A stretch of DNA of 64,000 nucleotides from Blepharisma stoltei ATCC 30299 (GCA_965603825.1 CBFDEM010000016.1:434001-498000); one strand, 5' to 3'; shown: positions 47,384 to 61,366, numbered from the stretch's first letter. Translations and numbers: made by a program. Notes: generated by a model not told the origin, from the letters alone.

Positions 47384-47657
47384 TTATTTTATTAGTAAAT
47401 CAATTTTTACCTAAAATCGTCACGTGAAAATATTATGGCTATAAAGGTAATCTGATCTTAATATCCAAAAGATATACTTTTAAAGTGGAAACCACAAATT
47501 ACATCTGGTTTCAGCGAATTTAGATACTTTAATAGCTTCTATTTATAAACTGGCCTATAATTGGAATTTTTTTTAACCAGTAAAGATTTCTATGAATTAT
47601 AGCTATTAGCATCGAAGCATTATTTTTAGCTTAATATGCAATAAAATTGTATTAAAA

Positions 47658-50600
47658 TTACTTCTCATCAATAGTTTCCCGATTAAATCTTTTGAATTTA
47701 TCTTTCAATTCTTCTAGCTTCCCTTCAATTATACTAGCATTTTCTAATAAATATTTATTTTCTGTATTTTCATCTTCTTTGATTGACAACGCTCTGTGCT
47801 GAGGAATCCACATGAAGTCTTTACAATCAATTTGTTCCCTTACATATGACTCAATTCCTGTATATTCAGTCTCATCTTTGGCTTTTAAATACGAAATATA
47901 TAGAATATAATTCCACTCTTCATGCTCTTTCAATGTGTGGTATTTAAATGGCCTCTTTGTGGCTCTTTCAATATCTTCTCTTTCAATTCCACATATGAAG
48001 CATTTATTTTCTCTGTCATCAGTATTCCTCTCATGCTCCTCTCTTAAAATTGCAAAAGTATCAATGATAATACCTTGGACTATATTTAGCATGATAATCA
48101 TAATTATGATGTTATAAGCATTATCGAAGAAAAACCTACCATAATCAAGGCTCCCTGCTTTCCAAGGTTTTAGTCATGCTCCAATCCCACCATTATTTTT
48201 GAATCCTTTATCGAAAATTGTGACAGTACACATATATAGACTTTTGCAATCACCATTGAATTCATCGTGGTATTTCCAAAACCCGACGATTCCAAATATA
48301 TACACAATAACTAAAGAGAACAGAAAAGTTAAAGCTAAAGCTTTCCTTGGTCTCACAATAGCTTTGATCACATTTTGAAGCGAAGGATAAGTATGAAGCA
48401 TGTCAAGCATTAATAAAGTGAAAAAGAATGGATGTACAGCTATCCCCAGACATGAAATTGTCATGTATCCAATATAATATCATACGTCGAAAATACTAAA
48501 AATATATGTCACTGTCAAAATCGACTGATGAATTCTTTTTAGAGCTATCTGGAAATTTGACGGATTTTTTCTCCAAAAATCATTGCCTGGGCTTTTTTCT
48601 TTCCAGCCTCTGACTGCAAGCACAGGGCCTTTTTTAAGCAAGAAAAATGATACAATTAAGCAGCAGCATACCAGTTGTATAATGCCAACAGATCGAATAA
48701 AGTTAAGGGTCTCTTTTTTATTTAGCCCATCATCTGTATGATTAGAATCATAATAAAGAAACGAAGGAGAGTTATAAGCATCTTCACCGCCATACGAAGA
48801 ATACGACAGCACAATGATAAGATTCAATAAAATGGTCATCATAAATGCAAGATCTCTCCATAAGCTAATATTTGATGCGATTAATGCAAGCATTCTTTGC
48901 CTGTCAAATAATTTTTTCAGCCAGTAATCATGTTTGATTTGTTCAATCATTGCGTCAGATTTTACTATCAAATATTTTAGCTTTGTTTGGTCAGACGTCC
49001 TATCAGCATAATAGTGGAATTCTTCTTTGATTTCATTCCCCAAGCCTCCAAATTCTGGTGGTAAAGAAAAATAAACTTTGGTCAGCACATCATGAAACAT
49101 TAACTCAATGCTTCCTGTATATTTCCCAAAAAAATCATAAGCGTCACCTAATAGCTCAGCTTTATCGATTTCTTCTTTTCTGTCCTCACTTTTCAATGCT
49201 AGCTTTTGAGCTGATTTTGATATAACGTTAGCTCCAGCTTTGACTGCATTTTTTAAGAAAGCGACTCCAAATTTCCCTAGCCCTTCTATAAGCTTTGCCC
49301 CAAAGAATGAACTTTTGCTTTCGTCTTCTAGCTCGAAAAATTCATCGTCAAAAAATTCATCTTTTTCTCTGTCATCATTTTCTTGGAAAATTTTAATTAA
49401 ATGGAAAATCATGAAACCAACTTCTATTACACATGTGTAGTAGTCAGGGTTTTCGTCTTGAGGATTATTTCGAGATGCAAAATCATAATCATCATTACCA
49501 GACGTATGGTTGAAAATTTCATAGTCGTATAATGGCTTTTTATACAGCACAATAAAATTCTTGTATATATTGATAAGATTTTCTTTAAACAGCTCTATAT
49601 TAAATGAACGAATCATGCGGCTGACAATATAGTTATCGCTTCTTCCTTCTAATAAGCTATTGATGGTAATCATGCATTTATATTTTAAGTGGGAAATCAT
49701 TCAGCCTTTAATACGCTCATTGGTATCAATATTTCCAGACAGCATGCTTTCTGACCTAGAAAATTTATCGCTAAAAATTGAGCCTAAGGATTGGATTTTT
49801 TCACTGCTTTCGTCCAATGATAATAAATTTGAAGCAAGCTCAAGGAATTTCCCATCAATAATACTTTCTTGATTCTCTAAACAAGGACCTTGAATAAATT
49901 CAGTTAGTGAGTCAAAACATTGAGAAATTACTGGAAAAGTTTTCAAATATAATTTTCTGGTCAGAATTTCCAATAAAGAAATGCAATCAGCAATTAAGTC
50001 ATAGCTTACCCTTGATTTTTCTTGATGCCTTATATAGTTTTGAAGCTTCGAATAATGCCCCTCACAGAATAGCTGCAGGAGTCTTAAAACACTGACAATC
50101 TTATCAGATTTTGCTTTATAAATCGGAATTCTTAAAGCTTCATTTACATGTCCTCGTGAAAGTTTTTCAATTTTTTCCAAAAATAGCTTGTGGAGCCTTT
50201 CAAAAAATATTTCTGAATTTGGGACATTCACAAAAAACTGGTAAAAATCGCATTGGATTTTTTGGTTTCCCCCATCTAACAAATTTATGGAAAAGTCAAG
50301 TAAAGATGCAAAAACGCGGGGATCTGTTTCTTTATCACACATAAGTGTTAAAGCTACCTTGCTAGCTCCACAGCCATTAATTTCATCTTGAATTTTAAGT
50401 TTTTCTTCATCAACATCATCATATTTATCAACAACTTGTTCAGAAATAAGAGACCCTAACAAATCAATAGCATTTATAAGGATTTCAATAGATGGATGCT
50501 GACTTCTGCTTAGCCTGATATAATTAACAAGGGCTTGCACAAAGCTCTCAAATGTCAAATCTTCAACAAATTCTTCAACCTTATAAATAGCGACAATTAA

Positions 50601-53600
50601 AGCTTTCCATTCTTGCTTTAAGCAAGATTTCATGCTGTCTGAGTAAATAAAATTGTTTTTAAATTCTTTTCAGAAGGTAGAAACCTCGTTTGATTTTTCG
50701 GTAAGTCCGTATCGAGATCGGCCTCTCTTCAGGTTACCTTCGTGTGAAGGAGCTGAGATTATTATTGAACTTTCATCATAAATTATTGAGCTGAATTCAA
50801 GATTAAACCTGTCACAAAGTGCTGTTATGCTATTAATGAGGGATTGAGGTAGCTTCTTTGTATAGAACGCCTGATGGTTGTCAATTAACATTTGTACATA
50901 AAACTGGATTGATGCAAAATCCTCTTTATCTGATAGCAAATCTCTACTGTTTAAGTATGAGAGACAGTATTTTGTTAATATTTTTATTCATATGTTGAGG
51001 AATTCTATATATGAGCTATCAAGCTGATGTTTATTTGCAAAAATTTTCGCTTGCTCTCTGATATAAGCAAAAAATTCAGTGCAGAGTTTCACATCTTGGT
51101 TAATTTTTTCAGTATCAATATAAATATTAAACAAGAAATCCAATAGTGGGATTTTCAAAACCTGATATGGGCTATTTTTATCTTCAGCTAAAACCAATAA
51201 TTTCATTAAGGATTGGATTTTTAGGATTTTTTGACATTTACTTTCGTTTATATACATCCCATTAACACCAAAACCACATAAAGAAATAACATTAATAAGC
51301 CTAGCATGATACTCATAGGGTATATCTTGATAAGTCCAGCTAGAATAATGCGGTTTCTGTGGCTCGAACATAAATTCTGGATCAGTTTCATCATTCATAA
51401 ATAATAAAAATCTGTTATAGTCTACTTTAAAAAAGAAATTCATGACCATACTTTGCATTTCGATAACAGGTGTCCCTTTAACTGTTTGAATGGTTTCTAA
51501 AAATTCTAGAAATGCTGGTTGTCTGCCTTCATTGTAAATGAGCGTTTTAAAAGGTTTTAAAAGATCTTTATTGATAGTCAATATCAATTCTATGTTGTCT
51601 TTATATATTTCGCATATTAATGGAATTTGATCAACATTGACTTTTAGATGCTGGAGGAAGACGTGAATATCTTTACAAAGCCGCTTTTGGTTATTTGAAT
51701 GACAATATACAAATTTTCGCAATATTTTGTGGCATTGCTTGAATAGATCTGAAAGAAGAGTTCTTGGTTCTTCAATTTCTTTATTTGGTGATTCATAGAG
51801 ACTAACTAATGTATGCATTCCGTCCTTTAACAACCTAATAAGAAGAGTATGAGCAGCGAGATAATATAGAATATCTTGTCTTTCTTTTGAAATTGATACT
51901 TTATTTCCTAATATCAATTGATTTGATTCAATCTTAGTATCTTCGTAAAATAAATGATCAAGATTGACTAAGAATTGCATAATTTTTTGAAATTTTTCAA
52001 AGTATTTTTGTCTCAAATTCCCACTATGTTTCCAATAATTCAACCAAAGCTCACTTTGTTCGCTTTCCTGCTTAAAATCTTTTAAATTTTCTTTAAGCCA
52101 TGCTAATAATAGTTTATCATCAGCTGTGCTTATCACATAAAGTTTTTTAATTGAATGAGTAAGCTCTTCCCTTTGTTTAAAACATCTAATAATCAAGCTC
52201 AGGGTTAAAGACTGCAGCTTGTAGTCTGACGAAGACTTGAATATCATAAGCAGTGGATGAATTACTGACCCATTTGATATAATATTTAGATCCGGTATTA
52301 ATGGTGAGCTGTACTGTTTAAATTTATTTGTATATATATCACTAACCAAATCAGCAAGCCTCGAAAACCTATCAATATACCCAATTTGCATGACTTCTGG
52401 GAGCAGATTTTTCAGAACTTCCGTCTGCGTTAAAAGCGATTTATCATACTCCAGAGACGAAAACCATTGGCTTATATTTGTAATTAAAAATTCTTGTCTT
52501 CAATCCATATAATAATGGAAAATTTTGCATATCCTAATCTTTATCTTTGTTTCTGAGTCCTCAACCTCCACATTCTGCATCGTGCTTTGCTTAAGTGAAT
52601 TTAAAAAATTCCTTAAATTCGAAGCACAACGGATAACTGGATTTGATAGTCCTGAGTTATCATTTAACAAGTTCATAAGAAATCCTGCTTTTTTATTCTT
52701 TTTTTGGGTTCGTTTTTTCTCATTTGCGTCAGTTTTAAAAAAAATATTAGATATCATTTTTAGATTAAGCTCTGATTTTCTCTTTTGGGCGTGTATGCTT
52801 TTTCCTACATAAAAATAAAGTGGGGCTACTGATTTAAGGAATCTGATAATATCCATTTTCTCTGTAGAAAAAGCAATGCTATTGGAGTTGCAGATTGTAT
52901 AGTGATTGTTAAAATCAGTACACTCTGTGCCATAAAGTTCAAATCTGACTAGTTTATCTGCAAGTCTCAAAAGTTCTTCAGTAAAAATATCATAATTCGG
53001 ACTTAAAACTTGACTATTGAAATATTCCAATACTGAGTTCAATAAGTTTTCTTCCACCATGTCTTGTTCGGTAAACCTAACTATATCGCTTTCCTCAGGG
53101 GCAATGCTCCCTATTTTAAGTACATTCCCAGCAAATCCTTGCACTTTTGCAAAAATTGACCCTTTTTTCATTATCCGGCGATAAGACTCTCTGGAGTCAA
53201 AGCTAATTGATTTATTTTTATTAGGAGAGCTCAGTGTTTCTAGCTGTCCTAAATTTGTTCCCATATTGATGACTTTTATTAGCTCAGGCTTTATTGACTC
53301 TTCCCTTGGATATGTATCTATATGGATCGTTAATAATAGCTTGCAAAATGCTGCCCTAAACTGATTGCTGATATTGCCATTCCACATCATTATTTGCAAT
53401 ATTTCTTGTGAAAAATGGTCTTTTAAGGACTCAGTGCATATGAAATTCCTGCTTAAACACATATTTGCGAACAGCTCAAGAAGCTTGTTAAAATAAATGA
53501 TTTCTGATTGATGAGAAACAATTATCCCTCCTTGAAAGCAGCTATCTAAAGAAATAATTTCATCTCTGTTTTCCCCTAATGAAACATATAAAGAATCCTC

Positions 53601-55787
53601 ATAGACTGACACTGGTATCAATGCTTTTTGATATATAATAGGATTGGCAAAAATATACTCATAGACTTTTTCTTGATTTACTGTCACTCCATCACCTTTA
53701 AATGAACAAATTGTGCTCAGAAAATCCAGTAGCTGGGGCTTTTTATTCCTGTAATGCTTTTTGAGTAATTTTGCATAATACATAATTATGTTATCAGATT
53801 TTGATATAGTTGCAGGATCGTGAATCTGAAGCAAAAGTTTTTCGTGGTCTTTTAAAATCCCCAGCATGCAGTTTGTAGCACCTAGCCCTAAACCGGCATG
53901 ATTTATAAAAATTTTAAAAAAACCGAATGCGTAGTTTTGATTTTCTTTATTTTTATTGCAAATTGTACAGATGATCTGGTAAATTTTTTTGACGACAGGA
54001 ATCAGCATTCTTGCTCGGATCACGTCAATGTCTATGTCTACAAAAGGCTCTTTTCGGTCAATTGAAGTGTTTATGCTCATTGTTTCGATGTTCATTATTT
54101 TCATCACAATGGCTTTTTCTTCTTTTGTCTTGAAGACATTGTTTAGTATTTCTGCTAAAGCTTCGAAAAACCTATGCTCTTTCAGCATTTTTTGGCGAGC
54201 GAATTGGACTTCTCCATATTGATTGTCCATCCCAACCATACTTTGGAGTTTATTATTGCAGAAAAGCTCTAAGTCTTCTATGCACTTTTGGATTAGCAAG
54301 ATGTATTTTTCAAATTCTCTCAGGGATTTTCCTCCTTCTCTTGCAGCTAAATTGTAATATCGTTCCATATATTCAGGGAAACTGTATAATATTGGATAGC
54401 AATGAAGTAAAAATAGAGTTTCCCACACAACGTCAACTCCAGCTCTGGAAACTTTAAAATAGGAAAGCTCATCTTTTACAAAAGCAATCAAAGGAATAAA
54501 GCTGGCGATGCTTTTTTCAGTGTTAGAGTCTTTTCCTGTAATAGTAGCTTCATAGCAGTTAATATTTAAAAGTCTGCATAGCTCATCTGGCTGTATAAAA
54601 GAATTTTGCCTTTTCTTTTCAAACGTATCAAATCTTCACAAGCTGTTTTCACTGTCATGGCTTCCTAATTTCAATTTATATTTTTCTCCTGATGGGCCTG
54701 GCTTTGCCCTTTCTTTAATAAATAAATATCTCCCTGTTGATATATGTTTAAGCCTATAGCTTTTCCCAATCGTTATAAGCCCACCTTTCCTAACTTCATC
54801 ATTTTCTATTAACCATAGCCCATTTGTATCAGTCAGATTATCGCTATACACAATTTTTATTCCTGCTGTGTCTGACTGTTTGTACCCAGCACTTAAGCAA
54901 ACTTCTTCTTCAGACCTTGTAAGCCAAATATAATCCCCGCATGCTAGATATTGCATTCCTTCATCAGTTGTATTGGACTCCTGCCGATTATTTTTATCTG
55001 AAATAATTTCTTGAGAAATTTCATCAAAATTATACTGACTGATGTCTTTTACAAAAGGAGAATACAAATCAATAACCCATCGAGTTTTCTTGTCAAGAGA
55101 TACATTGATTTCTAAAGAGTTGCTTGGCCCTTGGGACTCAGTTCTTAGAATCATTCCTGTCAATAGCCTACTAATAGGAGGTATGACTAAGCTGTTTTTG
55201 CTTGAATGCAAATATCCGACTCTGTTGAGCTCAGGGATCATGATTTCGAAATGGATTTTTTCGTTTAATCTTACGAGACCAGTCCCTTCTTTTTGATACT
55301 TATAACTTGGCTCAATTCGAAAATGAGAATACTCACTTCCGTAATCCTCGAGAGATAGCTTTAAATTTTCTCTCTCAACTTCAGCACTTTGTTGGCTTTT
55401 TAAAGTCAAAAATCTGTGACTTTGGATGTGTTCAAGCTGCACCAAAGATCCGTATTTTATTGCAATTCCTTTAAAGTTGTTGTAAGTATGAATATTTGTT
55501 TTAACTTCTCCATCGAAAGCTTCTTCTAAGCGGTTGAGTTTTGCTAGCAAAATTGCGCTTTGAGAATCTGAAATGTAACGCAGAATTTCTTTTTGAGTTG
55601 AGGAAATACACTGAGGGACTATTCGAAAGACAGAGCCAAAGAAATCAGTTACATGGTCTGAGCCATCTTGAAGAATTGGAGTGATATCTATGAAGCCACG
55701 GGAGTATAAATAAAAATCATCGTGTGTTTTGATTGTTACAAGGGACCCATAATGCAGGAAAAGATTTGAAGAGCTGCTTGATTCCAT
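47658..55787 (-). CDS. IP3 receptor/ryanodine receptor-type Ca2+ release channel (2709 aa, no intron needed)
   Basis: Eight same-frame ORFs joined by 7 TGA=W (54636, 52500, 50988, 50670, 49701, 48480, 48174); beta-trefoil YGSLVQLEH, LQLFCEGH..LQNYIR, EFIQGPC, pore GGIG, GIIIDTF, CFICG. Confidence 0.93.
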
Positions 55788-56004
55788 TTAATTTATTTTA
55801 TATATAAGAAAATCAGAAAACCACTTGAGAAGGGCTATATAAATAGAAAATATATAGAGTGAATTTAAGTAGTGCATTTTTCTTATTTATATTATATTTT
55901 GGAATATAATTTTAACTTAAATATTGCATGTGGGAATAAGAATATTAAATCTCTATTTTATAGAGCTTTATTGAATGCAGGCACAGTTAATAAAAGAATA
56001 AGGC

Positions 56005-57331
56005 ACAATTTTTAAGATTTCTTGAGTCCAGCCACAATATTTTTGTATTAAAAGGTTTCATATCATAAAATATTTTTTATACTGCAATTTTACCTGCTAT
56101 GTCAATTGCAGCTAATTTAGTTACTTGACAGACAATTGCTGAGAAAGCAATAATGCTAGCTCTATCAAAATAAAGCTTAAAATTTTATTATCAAATCAAG
56201 TTTAATTCCTTGCTCTCATTCGCAAATCATGTCTGGTCCTGGCCTATTTTTCTTCAATATTCATATTAGGCTGGCATTTTCATATGTTTGTATAAATAAA
56301 TTTAACTTAGTATTAAAGACGCATGATATGTGAAACTATATTTCATTATATCATAAGCTCGTGTATATGGACCTCTTAAGGAAAGTTTATAAGGGACTTC
56401 TTTTTCGACATTTTTTACTTCCAAAATATTTAGATTATATTAGATGTTCCTGTGAAACCTTGCGATGTCAAGGAATAAATATTGCTTTATATTAGAATTT
56501 TGCTGAATAAAACTCGATTCCTGGGCGAAAAAATCCATGGATCCTAGTTAACATATTTTTCTAGCAGATCCATTCAAACTTGATCCTTCACCAGGTCTAT
56601 CGCAATCTCTGATAGTTTCTAGACCTTGCCGCTCATAAAATAATATAATTTAAAACTTAGAGAATTGCGCTCTTAAAAGCCTTGTTGAGTCTGCTTCTGT
56701 TTTTTCTCTGGTTATCCAAAAAATGCTTGTGCCATTAAGAGCAAAAAATACAGTAATCTACCAAGCCATTTTGGTACAGCTTGTGCCTAAGTATTTTTGG
56801 TAAAAAATTCGCTTATCAAGTCTAATTATCCCCAAACAGAGCAGTAGAGTCTATAAATCATTTCAATTAGATAATATAAAGAATGAAAAGTACACTTATT
56901 ACCTAGCTTTATTTTTTAATTTCAATTAATAATTAATTGGCGCTAGAATTGCTTCCTCGGGATTTAGCATCATCTAAAATCTTTTTCAATTGAATTTTCT
57001 CTTCATCATTTATAACTGGTGCAGGTGAAGGTAAATAATTTATTTGCAAGCCATAAGCTTCATATGGATTTGGCTTTGGCTGATTTTGAGAAAATGAGGG
57101 GAATTGAAAATTTTCATAATCATATGGCTGATTTAGAGATTGAGATTTAGGTTTTGGCTGTGGGAAATTTTCAAAAGGGCCTGAATTGTTAATTTGATCT
57201 ATATCACACTGCTGATGACCTTGAGATATATCCATGCTGGCATTAGGGAGTTGAGAAACATTGCTAGCTTGTAAAAATCCATTTGCTTGGAGATGATCGG
57301 CTGGAGGATTTGAACTCTGATTAGATGACAT
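56005..57331 (-). pseudogene. Decayed tandem copy of the adjacent VWA gene
   Basis: Same MSSNQSSNPP start; frameshift near 56960; further colinear fragments at about 56368-56436 and 56005-56255 with stops and indels. Confidence 0.8.
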
Positions 57332-57448
57332 CAGTTAGTTTAATATTATATTATTAAAAATGAAAAAATAATTGAAAATTCCTATTAAACTCATGTCTAT
57401 ACTTTTTTTATAGTATCGATTTATCCGAGAATATATTATTATTTAAGA

Positions 57449-59509
57449 TTAAGGTTTGCTGAAATAATCCATAGCCATCTCTGAATAGGCTGCTTGGCAT
57501 CCATTCTGATACATCATCGCATTATTTGAAGCTTTTTGAGCAAAGTGGCTGCTTTGTACTGAAAACACTTGAGCTCTCCCTCCTTGCTCCCAACTAGAAT
57601 ATGATGACGCTCTATTTGCAGCATCTTCAAGATCGCGTATTAAAGCTTTCACAATTGGATGATCATTGACAATGCATCCTTTAAATTCATTTGCTGCTTT
57701 GATTGCAGCTTCTTTTGCCTCATTGTATTTATGGCTTTCTGCAAGACTCGCAACTTCTTTCAAAATTTCTGCTCCCAAACACCTATAATAATTGACCATA
57801 ACATCTTCGTTGACTTCAATTTCTTCTCTTCCTTCATTGACCACCAAAATAGTTAATTCTGTTTCAATTATTTTATTTTCTCCTAAATTAGTCTCATAAC
57901 TAATTCTTGCTTTGACTGGCCTTATAATTTCATTATCTGGAACCCTGTCAGTTATAGGTGGGAATTTCAATAAGAAAACTGAGTCTTTTTTGTCACCTGC
58001 ATGTACTTGTGCCATTGAAAAATTGCTATCACCGTTTTCTGAGTATACTTTAGACAGATGGAAAGGGATACTGCATGGCTGAGTTATCAAAGCGACTTGA
58101 ATTTTATCAGCTACCAAAGAGGCCAGCTCACCAAAGCAATTAGCAAATGCTATTGGGATATCTTTTGGATCTTCAACATAATAAAAATTTCCACTATTAG
58201 ATCTTGCGATTTCCTGCATAACTTTGGCATCGTGATCTGCTCCATACCCAAAAGTATGGACTGTGTATGAGCTTTTAATTAATGACTTAAACTCATTAGA
58301 GCATCCAGCAGCCCTAGACAAAACTGTATCGCCCGAATCATCACATCCATCACTTAATAATAAAATTGAAGTGACTTGATTGACAATTCTTCTATCACTT
58401 GCAACTTTTAAACCTTTTTCAAGGCCTGATACAATATTTGTACTGCCAATAATATTCATATTGTTAATCGCTCTTTCAACTTCAACTTTTCCTACCTCAT
58501 TAATTGCTGTCAATTTAATTATTCGTTGAGCGTTATCCGAAAACACAACAATACTAACTCTATCCCCATCATTTAATAGAGTCAGCATAAAGTTCAAAGT
58601 TTTCTTTACCAATTCAAGCTTAACCCCTGACATACTTCCACTTACATCAACTACACAAATCAAGTCTAGTCCTTGCCTGTTTTTTTGAATATCAGCAACT
58701 TGTGCACTTGAGCCTCTCAAAGAAAGAGTACAAGGGATTTCTTCTTCAGTATTTTTTAATTCTAAATAATTTAGAAGGAAATTCATTGACACTGTGATGG
58801 CTTCTTCAGGAGTCTTGGTCTCCTCTACAACTGTTCTCAATTGAATTTCGTCATCGTCGTTCATAATAAGAGGTTCAGGAGCTGCGGAGTATTGAGCTGG
58901 TGAAAGCGAAAAGTTGGATGATGAGTTATACGATAGGTATGGAGATGGCTGATACATCATTTGTTGTGGCAAATATTGCATTTGAGGTGGATAATTATAT
59001 TGCTGGTTTTGCAGTGAGCTAATTTGTTGAAAAGCATCATCATTGATTTGGATATTTTCAACTTGGGAGGATAGGTCTATGTTGAAACTTTCAGTAAGAT
59101 TTAAGTCTGGTAAAGTTTGGTTAAAGGTGCTGTAGGTAAAGTTAGGCTGTTGGAGGCCTGCAAAGGGGTCACTAGAGCTAATGCTAGATTGATTTGTATT
59201 GGATTGCTGGGGAACTCCAAACAGATCTGCATCGAGCAGGCTAGTTTGGTTTATATTGGATTGTTGAGGAGCTTGAAACGGGCTTATATTAGAATAATTT
59301 ATATTGGATTGTTGAGGAACTTGATAGAGGTTTATGTTAGCTTGATTTGAACTTGATTGCTGAGGAACTTGAAACAGATCTACGTCGATACTGCTTAATA
59401 TATTGGTATTTTGCGGCTGGGCGGCAGGTTGGCTTGAATCAAATAAATCTGACAATAAATCGACTTGAGGAGGATTGGATGGAGGATTAGAGCTTTGATT
59501 AGACGACAT
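57449..59509 (-). CDS. von Willebrand A domain protein with low-complexity repeat N-terminus
   Basis: MIDAS DVSGSMSG, TNIVSGL, LLSDG, HTFGYGADHD; N-terminal Gln/Ser/Asn repeats. Confidence 0.9.
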   Translation of the reverse strand: MSSNQSSNPPSNPPQVDLLSDLFDSSQPAAQPQNTNILSSIDVDLFQVPQQSSSNQANINLYQVPQQSNINYSNISPFQAPQQSNINQTSLLDADLFGVPQQSNTNQSSISSSDPFAGLQQPNFTYSTFNQTLPDLNLTESFNIDLSSQVENIQINDDAFQQISSLQNQQYNYPPQMQYLPQQMMYQPSPYLSYNSSSNFSLSPAQYSAAPEPLIMNDDDEIQLRTVVEETKTPEEAITVSMNFLLNYLELKNTEEEIPCTLSLRGSSAQVADIQKNRQGLDLICVVDVSGSMSGVKLELVKKTLNFMLTLLNDGDRVSIVVFSDNAQRIIKLTAINEVGKVEVERAINNMNIIGSTNIVSGLEKGLKVASDRRIVNQVTSILLLSDGCDDSGDTVLSRAAGCSNEFKSLIKSSYTVHTFGYGADHDAKVMQEIARSNSGNFYYVEDPKDIPIAFANCFGELASLVADKIQVALITQPCSIPFHLSKVYSENGDSNFSMAQVHAGDKKDSVFLLKFPPITDRVPDNEIIRPVKARISYETNLGENKIIETELTILVVNEGREEIEVNEDVMVNYYRCLGAEILKEVASLAESHKYNEAKEAAIKAANEFKGCIVNDHPIVKALIRDLEDAANRASSYSSWEQGGRAQVFSVQSSHFAQKASNNAMMYQNGCQAAYSEMAMDYFSKP

Positions 59510-59975
59510 CAGATATTTATTAGGATTTTAAAAATGAAATTCAGATTATCAAGATTTAATAGTAAATTTCTATTATTTAAGCCAATTGAATTTTATTATT
59601 AGATATTTGGTCCCTATTTGCTAATTTCTCTCTGATTTATATAATTTTTATTAAGCTTAAATTAAAGACTTATTTTAAATTTTTTTAGTCCATAATTTTA
59701 TTAAGCAAAAAACAGTTACTATTTTATTACCGATAAGTGGTCAAATTATTTTAATTTAACGCCAATTCATATCTAATTTTTGTTCTCTTGATGACTATCT
59801 ATTTATTTTAATGCTCCTTTTCTCAAAAAAGTCATCCATTAATCAGAACCAGTTCACCTAACCCCTACCACTCCAACATACCTTAAAATGTTTTATATGG
59901 CTGATTTCTGCTCATATCCCAGGCAATTCATTAAGAAAATATTCAGACTTAAATTAAACATGGACTATACTAAAT

Positions 59976-61289
59976 ATGTTTGATATTCCCAGGCACAAAC
60001 GATCTGAAACACATCAAATAAGCCCTTCCTCCTCAAAAGGTTTTTCGTTATCCCCTACAAATGCAATACCTAGAAGTCGTATCATACGAGATATTCAAAC
60101 TATCCGGAAAGTTTCATCCAGAGGCACTTTACTAAGTCCAAAAGTAGCGTGAAGTGAAGAAAAGCCAAAAGCAATAAGGATCACCAAATCTCGCAGCAAC
60201 CGTCCAAGCCCTGAATCTAACGTCCGCAGCCGCAAACTTCCACGTCTTTTGATCCCTGACCAACTCCTTATTGAAGAACAAAAAAAGTTGCCATTCACCC
60301 CTTCAGCTTCAATAATAGCAGAAGCTAAATCAAAGCCGCCAAGTGCCAAAAAAAGGACTGCAAGTATGATTACGCCTCCTATGTCTCCAACTTATACAAA
60401 TTCAGTTATAAATGTAGTCACCAGATGCGCGTATAAAACTCGTGCAGGAAGTATGCTGGGAAGGCCAAAAAAATATAACCAAGATGCTTTTATAATTCAA
60501 CCACTATTGCAAGGTATTAAGGGGCAATATCTTTTTGCGGTATGTGATGGACATGGAGTTCTTGGCCATGATGTTTCAGGGTATATCAAAGAAAAGCTTC
60601 CTATTACTGTAGAGCAAGGAATGCCAGAAAATGAGTCTCCGTTGAATGCTTACTCGCAAGCATTGGCCAATGGGATCGTAAATGTAGATAAACTTGTACA
60701 GGACAGCACAATAAATGCAGAATTCTCAGGAAGTACACTGGTTTCTCTGCTAATAAGAGGGTCTTCAGTTATTTGTGGGAATGTTGGGGACTCCAGAGCA
60801 GTTTTGGCAGAGAGAAATGAAAATATGTGGAGAGCGATTGATCTGTCAAGGGACCATAAGCCAGATCTTCCTGATGAAGGGACAAGAATTATTAAAGCGA
60901 ACGGTAGAATTGAGCCTTATTTTGACGACAACGGACAGCCTTTAGGCCCTTATAGAGTTTGGCTTCAAGACCAACAAATTCCTGGCTTGGCGATGTCGAG
61001 GTCTATTGGAGATTTCGTCGCAAAATCAGTTGGCGTAAGTGCTGAGCCAGAAATGCTCATAAAACAATTAGAGCCAAAAGATAAATTTATTATACTCGCT
61101 TCTGACGGCATATGGGAATTCATCAGTAGCCAAGAAGCTGTAGATATGGTTAAAGAGTCTTGGGAGACTGGAAAAACAGAAGCATGCTGTGATAAGTTGG
61201 TAAAAGAAGCAGTTATGAGGTGGCAAAAAGAAGACGACTCAATTGATGATATCACAGTTATTGTGATTTTTTTAAATGTTTTAAATTAA
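59976..61289 (+). CDS. PP2C/PPM protein phosphatase (437 aa)
   Basis: ATG 59976, TGA=W at 60150; NQD, DGHG, NVGDSR, DHKP, GLAMSRSIGD, ASDGIWE, DDITV. Confidence 0.93.
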
Positions 61290-61366
61290 TTCTGTTCATA
61301 AAGTCTATTTTTTGGAGAAATCTTTTTTATCCATTTTATCAGTATTTTAAGCATACTTATTTTATT

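Noticed and set aside
47658-55787. Fragmented ORF sets (IP3R, TRP, PDE, HAP2) as pseudogenes
   Set aside because: All breaks are same-frame TGA, often at conserved Trp; no frameshifts or TAA/TAG.
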